From the NCBI GenBank assembly GCA_943350045.1, contig CALQZW010000002.1:1-36744 (forward strand): a stretch of DNA of 36,744 nucleotides. The letters are read 5' to 3'. The translations under genes and the position numbers were made by a program. Positions 8,316 to 16,465 of the stretch are shown in pieces (within the stretch, counting starts at the first letter, position 1; each line of letters starts with the position of its first letter). This DNA is from Candidatus Nomurabacteria bacterium. GTDB lineage: Bacteria > Patescibacteriota > Minisyncoccia > Phycocordibacterales > UBA9973. The notes under the pieces are model-generated. The model saw only the letters and a program-made list of their open reading frames with translations, made no database searches and was not told the DNA's origin.

Positions 8316-9290
8316 ATGATCATTGAAATAATGAATAATCGTTGCCCCATGCACTGTGGGCATTGCCCCCAAGTGATACAGAATCCAGAGGCAGGAAGTG
8401 AACGCATTCCTGAACTGTATGCAAAAATAACAAAACTTTCGGGAGTAACACCAATTGTCGTTTCTTTAAACAATAATACTTCAGATGTTATGCCTGAGAT
8501 AGAACGGTTAAAGATTCGAGACATTCAAGAACTTATTGTTGGATCGGTAATTATGCCGATAGCTCCTTTTCACGTCACGGATCTTTCGAGTCATTCATCG
8601 GTTAAGGGAAGGAACTTGCAACTTGTACATCTGCATAAAACGGCAGCATACAATACAAATCTGCTTAATATTTTGTCGCCGTTGATTGAAGTATTTGTTA
8701 ATAGCACTCTTAGCTCATTGCACATTGCGTTCAATGATAATTCAATGCCATTGGAGCGCTTTCGTACGAATGCACCCAGTATGATTGCAGAAAATAAGGA
8801 TTTCTATCAATCATTTCGCTCAGCTTGGACATTTGATGAATTTAGGAATCTGCAGAAAATAACAAAGACAGCGGAGTTTGAAGCTTATAGTAGCGAGGTA
8901 ATTTTTTGCTACGAAGGGCGGTACTTTATGTTTACTCGTCGTGTGGTATCTCTTACGAATAGTAAGACTAAAGACTTGGACTATTATAGTAACCTTGCGT
9001 ATCGAGATGTTGAAAAGGGTAGAATATTTTCTCCAAACGAGCTTAGTCTGTCAATCACTCCACTAGGTGTCCGTGTTAGTCATAGAACATGGGATATTGA
9101 AAATCCATATCTGTGGTTCACTCATGACGAGATCGGTGCACTCATGATGGGTAGGGATTTCCTTGGATTCTGTAATGTTCTGCGCGCCTTAGTCAACAAA
9201 ACAATTACGCTTGATCTGGGTTCTGTATTTCATGGAAAAATGAATGCTGAATTACTCTCAGAAATTGCGGGCATGCGAAAAATCGTATAA
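8316..9290 (+). CDS. orphan protein with an N-terminal CxxxCxxC (radical-SAM-like) cysteine triad
   Basis: 324-aa ORF. Residues 7-19 read NNRCPMHCGHCPQ, i.e. N-x-x-C-x3-C-x2-C. The rest matches nothing I recognise and has no clear GGE motif. The gene is visibly more AT-rich than its neighbours. Confidence 0.6.
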   Translation: MIIEIMNNRCPMHCGHCPQVIQNPEAGSERIPELYAKITKLSGVTPIVVSLNNNTSDVMPEIERLKIRDIQELIVGSVIMPIAPFHVTDLSSHSSVKGRNLQLVHLHKTAAYNTNLLNILSPLIEVFVNSTLSSLHIAFNDNSMPLERFRTNAPSMIAENKDFYQSFRSAWTFDEFRNLQKITKTAEFEAYSSEVIFCYEGRYFMFTRRVVSLTNSKTKDLDYYSNLAYRDVEKGRIFSPNELSLSITPLGVRVSHRTWDIENPYLWFTHDEIGALMMGRDFLGFCNVLRALVNKTITLDLGSVFHGKMNAELLSEIAGMRKIV

Positions 9291-9310
9291 GGAATAATAA
9301 TCAGTAATGT

Positions 9311-9347
9311 AAAACGCTGTCTTTTAAAAAAAGACAGCGTTTTTTTT
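9311..9347. terminator. bidirectional intrinsic terminator
   Basis: 13-bp stem AAAACGCTGTCTT (9311-9323) / AAGACAGCGTTTT (9331-9343) with A/T runs on both sides. It lies between the convergent genes 8316..9290 and hsp20. Confidence 0.8.
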
Positions 9348-9358
9348 GTGCGGGAGTA

Positions 9359-9841
9359 TTACAGTGATTTCACTTTCAAACTTGAACGGCGGTTTTTGTC
9401 TATCTTCGGCAAGCGGATAGTGAGGAGTCCGTGGCGTTCAATTGCTTCTGCGTCTTCTGGTTCGATTTCTTGTGGAAGGGAAATGGTGCGAGAGAATGAA
9501 CCCCAGTAGAGTTCTCGGCTAAAGAAATCCTGACCTTTTGTTGTGTGACTTTCTTCGCGTCGTCCACGAATAGTGAGCATGTCGCGCGAGATATTGATCT
9601 CCAAATCTTCAGGTTTTACTCCGGCTACGAACGTGTGGATTATAATTTCTGCAGGTGTTTGGTACACGTCGAGGGCGAGCTCGCCTTCGGTCTCAGCTTC
9701 TGGTTGTTCAATTTCTAGGTCGTCTTCGTCATCATTGATTTGCACAAGCGGGCCATGTGTATGTTTTGGACTGTCTTCGTCGGTCATATGAATACCTCCA
9801 GTGAGACGTTCGAAAAAGGAGCGTTTTTTTGCTTTTACCAT
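9359..9841 (-). CDS. Hsp20/alpha-crystallin family small heat-shock protein
   Basis: 160-aa ORF with an alpha-crystallin domain: ALDVYQTPAEIIIHTFVAGVKPEDLEINISRDMLTIRG ... FSRTISLP ... AIERHGLLTIRLPK. Confidence 0.9.
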   Translation of the reverse strand: MVKAKKRSFFERLTGGIHMTDEDSPKHTHGPLVQINDDEDDLEIEQPEAETEGELALDVYQTPAEIIIHTFVAGVKPEDLEINISRDMLTIRGRREESHTTKGQDFFSRELYWGSFSRTISLPQEIEPEDAEAIERHGLLTIRLPKIDKNRRSSLKVKSL

Positions 9842-9867
9842 ATGCCGAGTATTATATCACGAAAAGA

Positions 9868-10617
9868 CTACTGTCGAGCTGGTTCTGTGGAAGGCGCAAC
9901 AACATATTTACCCATACGGCGAAGACGTTCAAAGAGAAGCATGACGAGAATGGTTACCACCCAGAGGACTCCGAATACTTGAAAGAAATTCTTTCCGCTG
10001 TCTTCTGCGATGAAAATATTGAACATGGTGTGCAGGACAACTGCAACTACGAGACCGATGACTCCGTAGAGGGCACGAACGCTAGAGTTTTTAAAGAACG
10101 CTAGTCCGATTCCGATTCCCACCATTCCACTCGCTACTGCATGCAGGAGGGTTGATCCAAGAAAGCGCATGTTTCCAGTGAGGAGGGCGAGTGTTGTGTT
10201 GTCTGTTGAGATTGGGTGCAAGAGAAAGAGTGTGTTTTCCATAGCTGCGAATCCAAGCGCAGCAGTCATGAAATATATTGGATACTCAACAGGGCGGTCG
10301 AGATGGGGACTGTTGGCCATAATTACTCCAAAGGCCAAGCATTTTATAATCTCCTCACTTGCAGCCCACATGGTGGTAAGAAACACAGTACTCTCAGGAA
10401 GGAGTCCAATGATTTTCTGAATCGGTAGGACGATTATGACGGAGAGCATTCCGGCGATAAACGTAGTGAGGAGTAAAATCATCGGCTGGCGATTTCCACG
10501 AATCTCGCGTAGCCAAAAGAGCAACCATAGTATTGATGGAAGGGCGCCGCCGAGTACGGCGATAAGAAGCATCTGGGGACTTTGAATACTAAATCCGCCT
10601 AGAGTGAGCATGGCCAT
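9868..10617 (-). CDS. PrsW-family intramembrane glutamic/metallo-protease
   Basis: 249-aa polytopic membrane ORF with the PrsW signature blocks EEIIK, GFAAMENTLF, LHAVASG and LHTMFN. Confidence 0.75.
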   Translation of the reverse strand: MAMLTLGGFSIQSPQMLLIAVLGGALPSILWLLFWLREIRGNRQPMILLLTTFIAGMLSVIIVLPIQKIIGLLPESTVFLTTMWAASEEIIKCLAFGVIMANSPHLDRPVEYPIYFMTAALGFAAMENTLFLLHPISTDNTTLALLTGNMRFLGSTLLHAVASGMVGIGIGLAFFKNSSVRALYGVIGLVVAVVLHTMFNIFIAEDSGKNFFQVFGVLWVVTILVMLLFERLRRMGKYVVAPSTEPARQ

Positions 10618-12776
10618 TTCTCCACAATGAGCATTCGACCATTTTTACCTTCGGGAATAAGACTCCAAAGTTCTTCGGTAACGAACGGCATAAAGGGATG
10701 AAGGGCGCGCAGGAGTTTCGGAAGAATCTCGATCAAAATACGCTGAGCGGATTCAGAGTTTCTCTTTTCTGCAATTTTTGCCTTACTGCGCTCGATGATG
10801 ACGTCGGCAAATGTGTGCCAGCTGTAGTGATAGAGTTTTTCTGTAACGAGATAGAACTTGTATTCGTTCATTTCTCCAGTGATTTCTTTTAGAAGCGCGT
10901 CGAGTTCGTCGGCAGTCTGCTGGTCTTCTGTGTCGAGGGCTGGAAGATTTTCACGATCTATCTCCTGAGTATTCTCAAGAACGAAGCGGGTAATGTTCCA
11001 GAGCTTGTTTGCAAACTTTGAATACGCCTTTATCTTATCCTCTCCGAGGTTACTGTCGTTTCCTGGTCCAACACCAACAATCATTGCCATGCGAAGCGCG
11101 TCAGTTCCGTGCTTGTCGATGAGTGTAATCGGGTCAACAATGTTTCCAAGAGACTTGGACATTTTGCGTCCTTTCTCGTCGCGAACAAGACCGTGGAAGT
11201 ACACAGTCTTAAACGGGATGTCATTGAGAAGATATGTCGACATGAGAATCATGCGAGCAACCCAAAATGGCAGGATGTCGTATCCAGTTTCGAGGACGGC
11301 AGTTGGATGGTAGGTTTTGAAATCTTCGGTAATTTCCGGCCATCCAAGTGTTGAGAAAGTCCAAAGACCTGAAGAAAACCAGGTATCGAGAGAGTCTTCG
11401 TCTTGAGTCCAACCGTCACCCTCTGGAGCTTCAACTCCGCAGAAAATTTCTTCACCCTTGTACCATACGGGAATACGATGCCCGTACCAGATTTGGCGAG
11501 AGATACACCAGTCACGAAGATTTGTGATCCAGTGCATGTATACGCGTTCAAATTGTTCAGGAACGATCTTTATTTTGCCATCCTTAACAGGCTCAAGCAT
11601 GAGATCTTTCAATGTCTTGCCACTGTGAGAAGCAATTGGCTTATTTACATTGATAAACCACTGAAGTTTTGGAAGTGGTTCGATGATCGCTCCAGTACGC
11701 TCAGCGGTAGAAACATTCTGAGAAACTTCTTCCTCTTTTTCCATGAGACCTTCGTCGCGAAGCCACTGTGCGATTACTTCACGCGCCTCAGTTGTTTTCT
11801 TGCCAAGAAGATTCTCTCCGCCAACCATCATTTTCGCGTACTCGTTTATAACCTGCTTTGTTGGCAAGTTGTGACGCTGAGCTATTTCAGCATCTATCTG
11901 ACTATGAGCCGGAGTAACTCCGAGCGCTCCTGTTCCAAATTCTTTTTCTACGCTCTCATCGGCGACGATTTTAATATGAATCGGTACTCCGCAGAATACT
12001 GCATCATATTCTTTGCCGATATACTGTGCATATCGTTCGTCATCTTTTGCGACTGCTACTGCAGTGTCTCCAACCTTTGTTTCAGGGCGAGTTGTGGAGA
12101 TTGCAATAGGGAAGTCTTTTGAATATTTAAATGTGTAGAGCTTGGCTTTACGCTCCTCGTATACTATCTCGTCATCTGAAATAACTGTCTGACCTTTTGG
12201 GTCCCAGTTTACAATGCGGTGTCCGCGATAGATGAGTCCTTCGTCGAACATTTTCTTGAACGCAGTGCGTACTGCAAAAGAGCGCTTCTCGTCGAGTGTA
12301 AATGCTTCGCGTGACCAATCCAAAGATGCGCCCATGCGGCGTGCCTGTCCGACAATCGTGTCATGAGAATCTTGAGCAAATTTTTCTACTCGCTTGAGAA
12401 ACTCTTCACGACCGAGGTCTGTCTTTCGTTTACCTTCTTCTTTTTCAATTATCTTCTCAACTTTACTCTGAGTTGCGATTGCGGCGTGGTCGGTTCCAGG
12501 GAGCCAGAGTGTGCGCTTGCCTTGCATGCGAGCATAGCGAGTCATGATATCTTCGATGACAAGCATGAGAGCGTGGCCGGTGTGGAGAGTTCCGGTTACA
12601 TTCGGAGGAGGCAGAACTATTGAGAACGGTTCGGCATCAGGCGCCGTATATCCTTTCTCGATACAGACGTCTGGATTAAAAACCCCACTTTCTTCCCATG
12701 TGGAATAGAGGCGATTTTCGGTTTCTTGCGGGTTGTAGGGTTTGAGGAGTTTCTCAGGAGTGTTTTTAATATCCAT
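10599..12776 (-). CDS. valS: valine--tRNA ligase (short form, 725 aa)
   Basis: Contains the PPPNVTGTLHTGHAL (HIGH) and KMSKSLGN motifs, plus WCISRQ and TWFSS blocks typical of ValRS. Confidence 0.95.
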   Translation of the reverse strand: MDIKNTPEKLLKPYNPQETENRLYSTWEESGVFNPDVCIEKGYTAPDAEPFSIVLPPPNVTGTLHTGHALMLVIEDIMTRYARMQGKRTLWLPGTDHAAIATQSKVEKIIEKEEGKRKTDLGREEFLKRVEKFAQDSHDTIVGQARRMGASLDWSREAFTLDEKRSFAVRTAFKKMFDEGLIYRGHRIVNWDPKGQTVISDDEIVYEERKAKLYTFKYSKDFPIAISTTRPETKVGDTAVAVAKDDERYAQYIGKEYDAVFCGVPIHIKIVADESVEKEFGTGALGVTPAHSQIDAEIAQRHNLPTKQVINEYAKMMVGGENLLGKKTTEAREVIAQWLRDEGLMEKEEEVSQNVSTAERTGAIIEPLPKLQWFINVNKPIASHSGKTLKDLMLEPVKDGKIKIVPEQFERVYMHWITNLRDWCISRQIWYGHRIPVWYKGEEIFCGVEAPEGDGWTQDEDSLDTWFSSGLWTFSTLGWPEITEDFKTYHPTAVLETGYDILPFWVARMILMSTYLLNDIPFKTVYFHGLVRDEKGRKMSKSLGNIVDPITLIDKHGTDALRMAMIVGVGPGNDSNLGEDKIKAYSKFANKLWNITRFVLENTQEIDRENLPALDTEDQQTADELDALLKEITGEMNEYKFYLVTEKLYHYSWHTFADVIIERSKAKIAEKRNSESAQRILIEILPKLLRALHPFMPFVTEELWSLIPEGKNGRMLIVEKWPCSL

Positions 12777-12847
12777 GCTTGTACAATACCATTTTTTTTA
12801 CCTTTTGCGAATGGAATGTTTGCCATGCTCTCTGGTATACTTTTTAC

Positions 12848-14005
12848 ATGAAATATTTTAGTCTTTTGTTTCTAACTCTCGTCCTGCTCTCGTCTCCGTC
12901 TCCTGTCTTTGCTGGTCTTGTGTCTTCTGAAGCACTTGCACAGAAATATTCTGCAACCGATACCGGTGGACAGAAAATTAGAGTTTTGCTCGTGCCTGGA
13001 CACGACAACGAAACATGGGGAACTGAGTTTCGCGGAATGAAAGAAGTAGAATTGAACCGAGTGGTGGCAAACAATCTCTATTCCTATTTTTCTAAAGACC
13101 CTGCGTTTGAAGTTTTTATTACCCAAAAAGATGGAGAATACGCAGAACCGTTTGCAACATATCTCACAAGCCAGAAGGAAGCGATTCGGCAGTTTCGAGA
13201 TTCTCATAAGGCGGTTCAACAAGCTCGGCGAGAAAAAGGCGAGGTAGTAGGCGTCTCCGGAGTGAATCACAACTACGCAAGTGAAGAAGTTTCAATCAAA
13301 TTGCATGGAATAAACAAATGGGCGAACGAAAATGATATCGATATTGCTATCCATATTCATTTCAATGACCACGCAGGCAGAGTATGGAATAAGAAAGGGG
13401 AGCATTCTGGTTTTTCAATCTATGTCCCTGAGCCACAACTAAAAAATTCAGCAGTAAGTAAAGACATTGCACGAAAGGTTTCCGAATCTTTAGCTCCTTT
13501 TAGTGCTTTCTCAAGTCTGCCGGGAGAGGGTGGTGGAGTAATAGACGAGCAGGACCTTATTGCTATCGGTCCTTTTAACACGCTCGACTCGGCAACGATG
13601 CTCATTGAGTATGCGTACATTTACGAATCCCAACTTGCGAACCATGCCCTCCGCGAGCGAGTGTTAGAGGAATATGCGTTCCGTACGTATGCTGGAGTGA
13701 AAGATTTTTTTGGTAGTACTCTAGTAAAGAATACCTCGTCGCAGTTGCCACGGTATCGATTTACAAAAAATCTCAAAAATGGAATGGTTGGATCTGCTGA
13801 TGTTTTGATGCTTCAGAGTGCTTTAGTAAGAGCTGGAGTATATCCAGTTGCAGGAAAAGATTTACACGAGTGTCCCGTCTCGGGTACTTTTGGTGCTTGT
13901 ACCGTGGCTTCAGTCCGAGCGTTTCAAAAACAGAAAAAGCTCCCAGTGACAGGATTTGTGGGCGCTGGGACACGAAAGGCGCTAAACACTCTGAATCTTT
14001 ACTAG
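12848..14005 (+). CDS. N-acetylmuramoyl-L-alanine amidase (Amidase_3-like) with C-terminal peptidoglycan-binding domain
   Basis: Signal peptide MKYFSLLFLTLVLLSSPSPVFA, then LLVPGHDNETWG, DIAIHIHFND and LIEYAY blocks. The C-terminal part is PG_binding_1-like (GSADVLMLQSALVRAG...SGTFGACTVASVRAFQKQKKLPVTGFVGAGTRKAL). ATG 12848 lies 6 nt after TGgTATACT. Confidence 0.75.
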   Translation: MKYFSLLFLTLVLLSSPSPVFAGLVSSEALAQKYSATDTGGQKIRVLLVPGHDNETWGTEFRGMKEVELNRVVANNLYSYFSKDPAFEVFITQKDGEYAEPFATYLTSQKEAIRQFRDSHKAVQQARREKGEVVGVSGVNHNYASEEVSIKLHGINKWANENDIDIAIHIHFNDHAGRVWNKKGEHSGFSIYVPEPQLKNSAVSKDIARKVSESLAPFSAFSSLPGEGGGVIDEQDLIAIGPFNTLDSATMLIEYAYIYESQLANHALRERVLEEYAFRTYAGVKDFFGSTLVKNTSSQLPRYRFTKNLKNGMVGSADVLMLQSALVRAGVYPVAGKDLHECPVSGTFGACTVASVRAFQKQKKLPVTGFVGAGTRKALNTLNLY

Positions 14006-14051
14006 ATATATCACATATGATATATTGTTTTCAAACCTAAAAAACAGTTCA

Positions 14052-14579
14052 ATGAAAGAAAACTTAATAACTCAAACAAAAGCTTGTACCATCCCAGATG
14101 GAGTGCAGGTAATCATCAAAGCAGGGAAGCATCACAATCCGCTTTTGCAAGAGTATCTTATCATTCAAGATGCGAATGATAGACAAAGCGGTACTGGAAT
14201 AAAAAAGTATGGAATCCCAGGAGGAGCAATTTTTGTAAAAGAGAGGATTCCTGATGCCGCCGATCGTGAGGTTCGAGAAGAAGTAGGTATGTATGTAGAA
14301 TCGATATTTTTCGGTTCTTTTACTAAGCAAAGAGGAGAGGGTGTGTACAATACAAATCACCTTTTTATTGCTAACTGTAGCAAGCCACCTCTTGTTATTG
14401 AAACTCAGGATAAAAAAGAGGTTTCCTGTGTGCGCACGTTTAATCTGCTAGAGATCGTTGATCTATATCAGAAAGGAAGATTCCACGTAGGTAGCATTAG
14501 ACTTATTTTTCATTTTCTTAATGGAACAGAAGAGGGAAATCTCGACGAGCCTGTTAAATACTTAGGATGGACATTTTAG
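14052..14579 (+). CDS. NUDIX hydrolase
   Basis: Contains the Nudix box GGAIFVKERIPDAADREVREEVG (Gx5Ex7REUxEExGU). Start set at ATG 14052; the track start at 14025 is a TTG inside a -10-like box. Confidence 0.8.
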   Translation: MKENLITQTKACTIPDGVQVIIKAGKHHNPLLQEYLIIQDANDRQSGTGIKKYGIPGGAIFVKERIPDAADREVREEVGMYVESIFFGSFTKQRGEGVYNTNHLFIANCSKPPLVIETQDKKEVSCVRTFNLLEIVDLYQKGRFHVGSIRLIFHFLNGTEEGNLDEPVKYLGWTF

Positions 14580-14582
14580 TAA

Positions 14583-14625
14583 CACACCTGATTCTAGTAT
14601 TATAGAATCAGGTGTAATTTTTATA
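14583..14625 (+). terminator. intrinsic terminator
   Basis: 13-bp stem ACACCTGATTCTA (14584-14596) / TAGAATCAGGTGT (14603-14615), followed by a T-rich tail. Confidence 0.75.
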
Positions 14626-14626
14626 T

Positions 14627-15331
14627 ATGAAAGCAGTTATTTTATGCGCCGGAGAAGGTACGCGCCTTCGTCCGTTGACTGACACAATTCCAAAAACACT
14701 TATTCCTGTTGCAGGTACTCCGATACTCGCGCGGATTTTTTCTACACTTCCTGAGGAGATTTCTGAAGCGGTTTTGGTTATTCAAGAAAAACAAACTGAG
14801 GCGATACAAAATTTTCTCGACACTCTAAAATTAGCTATTCCTGTCTCTATAGCATATCAAGACATGAATGCGAAAGGTACATATCATGCGCTTTTGTCTG
14901 CGAAGCACTACACAGAAAATGCGGATGCTTTTTTAGTACTCAACGGAGATGATATCTTTGTTCAGTCTGAGCTCGCATCTCTTGTCTCTCTTTCAGCTCC
15001 CGCGTACGGACTTGCGAAAAAAGTACTGAACGATATTCGGTATCGCACGTGCGATGTTGATGAGTCACAACAGAAAATTACTTCATTCCGTTTAATACGA
15101 GAAGATGAGAAAGATACTCCGGTCTATTGTTTTACTGGCGCCTGCGTTCTTACGAAGGACTTCTTTACATACGCACCAGAGACTATTTCTTCTGGTGAAG
15201 CAGGAATACCGCATACACTTTTTGCGCACAGTGCCTCTGTTTCATTTACGCGCTTTACAGAGTGGTTGCAGATAAACACTCACGAAGATTTGCGGATTGC
15301 TACCGAAGCTTCATATTCCCTTGAGCAATAA
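14627..15331 (+). CDS. sugar-phosphate nucleotidyltransferase (NTP_transferase family)
   Basis: N-terminal MKAVILCAGEGTRLRPLTDTIPKTLIPVAG, the canonical G-x-G-T-R-L nucleotidyltransferase signature. Confidence 0.8.
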   Translation: MKAVILCAGEGTRLRPLTDTIPKTLIPVAGTPILARIFSTLPEEISEAVLVIQEKQTEAIQNFLDTLKLAIPVSIAYQDMNAKGTYHALLSAKHYTENADAFLVLNGDDIFVQSELASLVSLSAPAYGLAKKVLNDIRYRTCDVDESQQKITSFRLIREDEKDTPVYCFTGACVLTKDFFTYAPETISSGEAGIPHTLFAHSASVSFTRFTEWLQINTHEDLRIATEASYSLEQ

Positions 15332-16460
15332 ACTTGTCTGATGTTAGCGGAGCTGGTTTTTCAAAATATCCTGCAAGTGCAATCATCGCTGCGTTATCAG
15401 TCGCAAGAGTTTTTGTTGGGAAAATAACAGGAATGCCAAGGAGGGAGGCTTCATGCGTGAGGCGAGTGCGAAGCTCTTTGTTCGCAGCAACGCCTCCGCC
15501 AACGAGAATACTTTTTGCCTTATATTTCTTAACCGCCTTGAGTGTTTTATGCACGAGTACATCTACGGCCGAGTCTTCAAACTCACGGGCAATAGCCATT
15601 TTTTGATTTTCTGAAAGTACTCCAAGGTCACGGATGAGATAGAGGATTGCGGTTTTGAGTCCAGAGAAAGAAAAATCAAAGTCCGGAGTGTGAAGCATTG
15701 GGCGAGGAAGGGGTGCAATAGATTCAGAGTTTTGTGCGCGTGCCATATCTGCGAGGCGAGAAATGTGCGGTCCGCCTGGGTATGGCAATTCGAGCATGCG
15801 TGCCACTTTATCAAACGCCTCTCCAACTGCGTCATCTCGTGTCTGTCCGAGGAGTTCGTATTTTCCGATACCTTTTACTCCAACTATTTCAGTATGACCG
15901 CCAGAAACGAGCAGGGAAATAGAGGGAAGTCTTTGAGTGATTTCCTTTGCGGAAAATGTTCCACTTCCGTCGGGTACTACCACGGAGAGAATATGTCCTT
16001 CCATGTGGTTAGCAGGAACAAGAGGAATGTTCCAGATATATGAAAGTGCTTTTGCAAAACTAATTCCAACCCAGAGCGCCGGAGTGAGTCCTGGCCCAAC
16101 AGTGACTGCAATGCGGTCGATATTTGGTTTCTGGATTTTCGGCATCTCGCGAAGAATATATTCGAGTACTTCAGGTTCACGCGCTAAAATGGTTGCGAGT
16201 TGTTCCGTGCGAATGGCACTTCCTGCACTTTCTTTGTACAGACCTGCTTCCTTGAGGGCGACTACGAACAGCGGAAAGATTGCACGAGAGTGCTCACGCT
16301 TTGCCATTGCAGGAAATACGCCTCCATACTGTGCATGGAGTTCGGCCTGAGAAGCTATTTGATGTGCTTTTATAGAGAATGTTTTTTTGAAAACACCCTG
16401 CACGGAAAGCACTGCAATGGCTGTCTCGTCACATGAAGTTTCAATCGCAAGAATATTCAT
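15300..16460 (-). CDS. tsaD: tRNA N6-adenosine threonylcarbamoyltransferase
   Basis: N-terminal MNILAIETSCDETAIAV, plus HMEGH and SGGHTE motifs of the Kae1/TsaD family. At 386 aa it is somewhat longer than usual. Its 3' end overlaps the convergent gene by 32 nt. Confidence 0.9.
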   Translation of the reverse strand: MNILAIETSCDETAIAVLSVQGVFKKTFSIKAHQIASQAELHAQYGGVFPAMAKREHSRAIFPLFVVALKEAGLYKESAGSAIRTEQLATILAREPEVLEYILREMPKIQKPNIDRIAVTVGPGLTPALWVGISFAKALSYIWNIPLVPANHMEGHILSVVVPDGSGTFSAKEITQRLPSISLLVSGGHTEIVGVKGIGKYELLGQTRDDAVGEAFDKVARMLELPYPGGPHISRLADMARAQNSESIAPLPRPMLHTPDFDFSFSGLKTAILYLIRDLGVLSENQKMAIAREFEDSAVDVLVHKTLKAVKKYKAKSILVGGGVAANKELRTRLTHEASLLGIPVIFPTKTLATDNAAMIALAGYFEKPAPLTSDKFIAQGNMKLR

Positions 16461-16465
16461 ACGTC

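Noticed and set aside
11403-12122. 239-aa ORF antisense to valS, and similar antisense ORFs at 3150..3479, 5110..5673, 15937..16350, 29443..29769 and 36045..36479
   Set aside because: All lie entirely within well-supported genes on the opposite strand. Their translations are low-complexity or biased, and none has a promoter or terminator of its own.
15300-15331. 32-nt convergent overlap between the nucleotidyltransferase gene and tsaD
   Set aside because: Short 3'-3' overlaps are common in compact genomes. Nothing in the sequence suggests a special function beyond possible shared termination.
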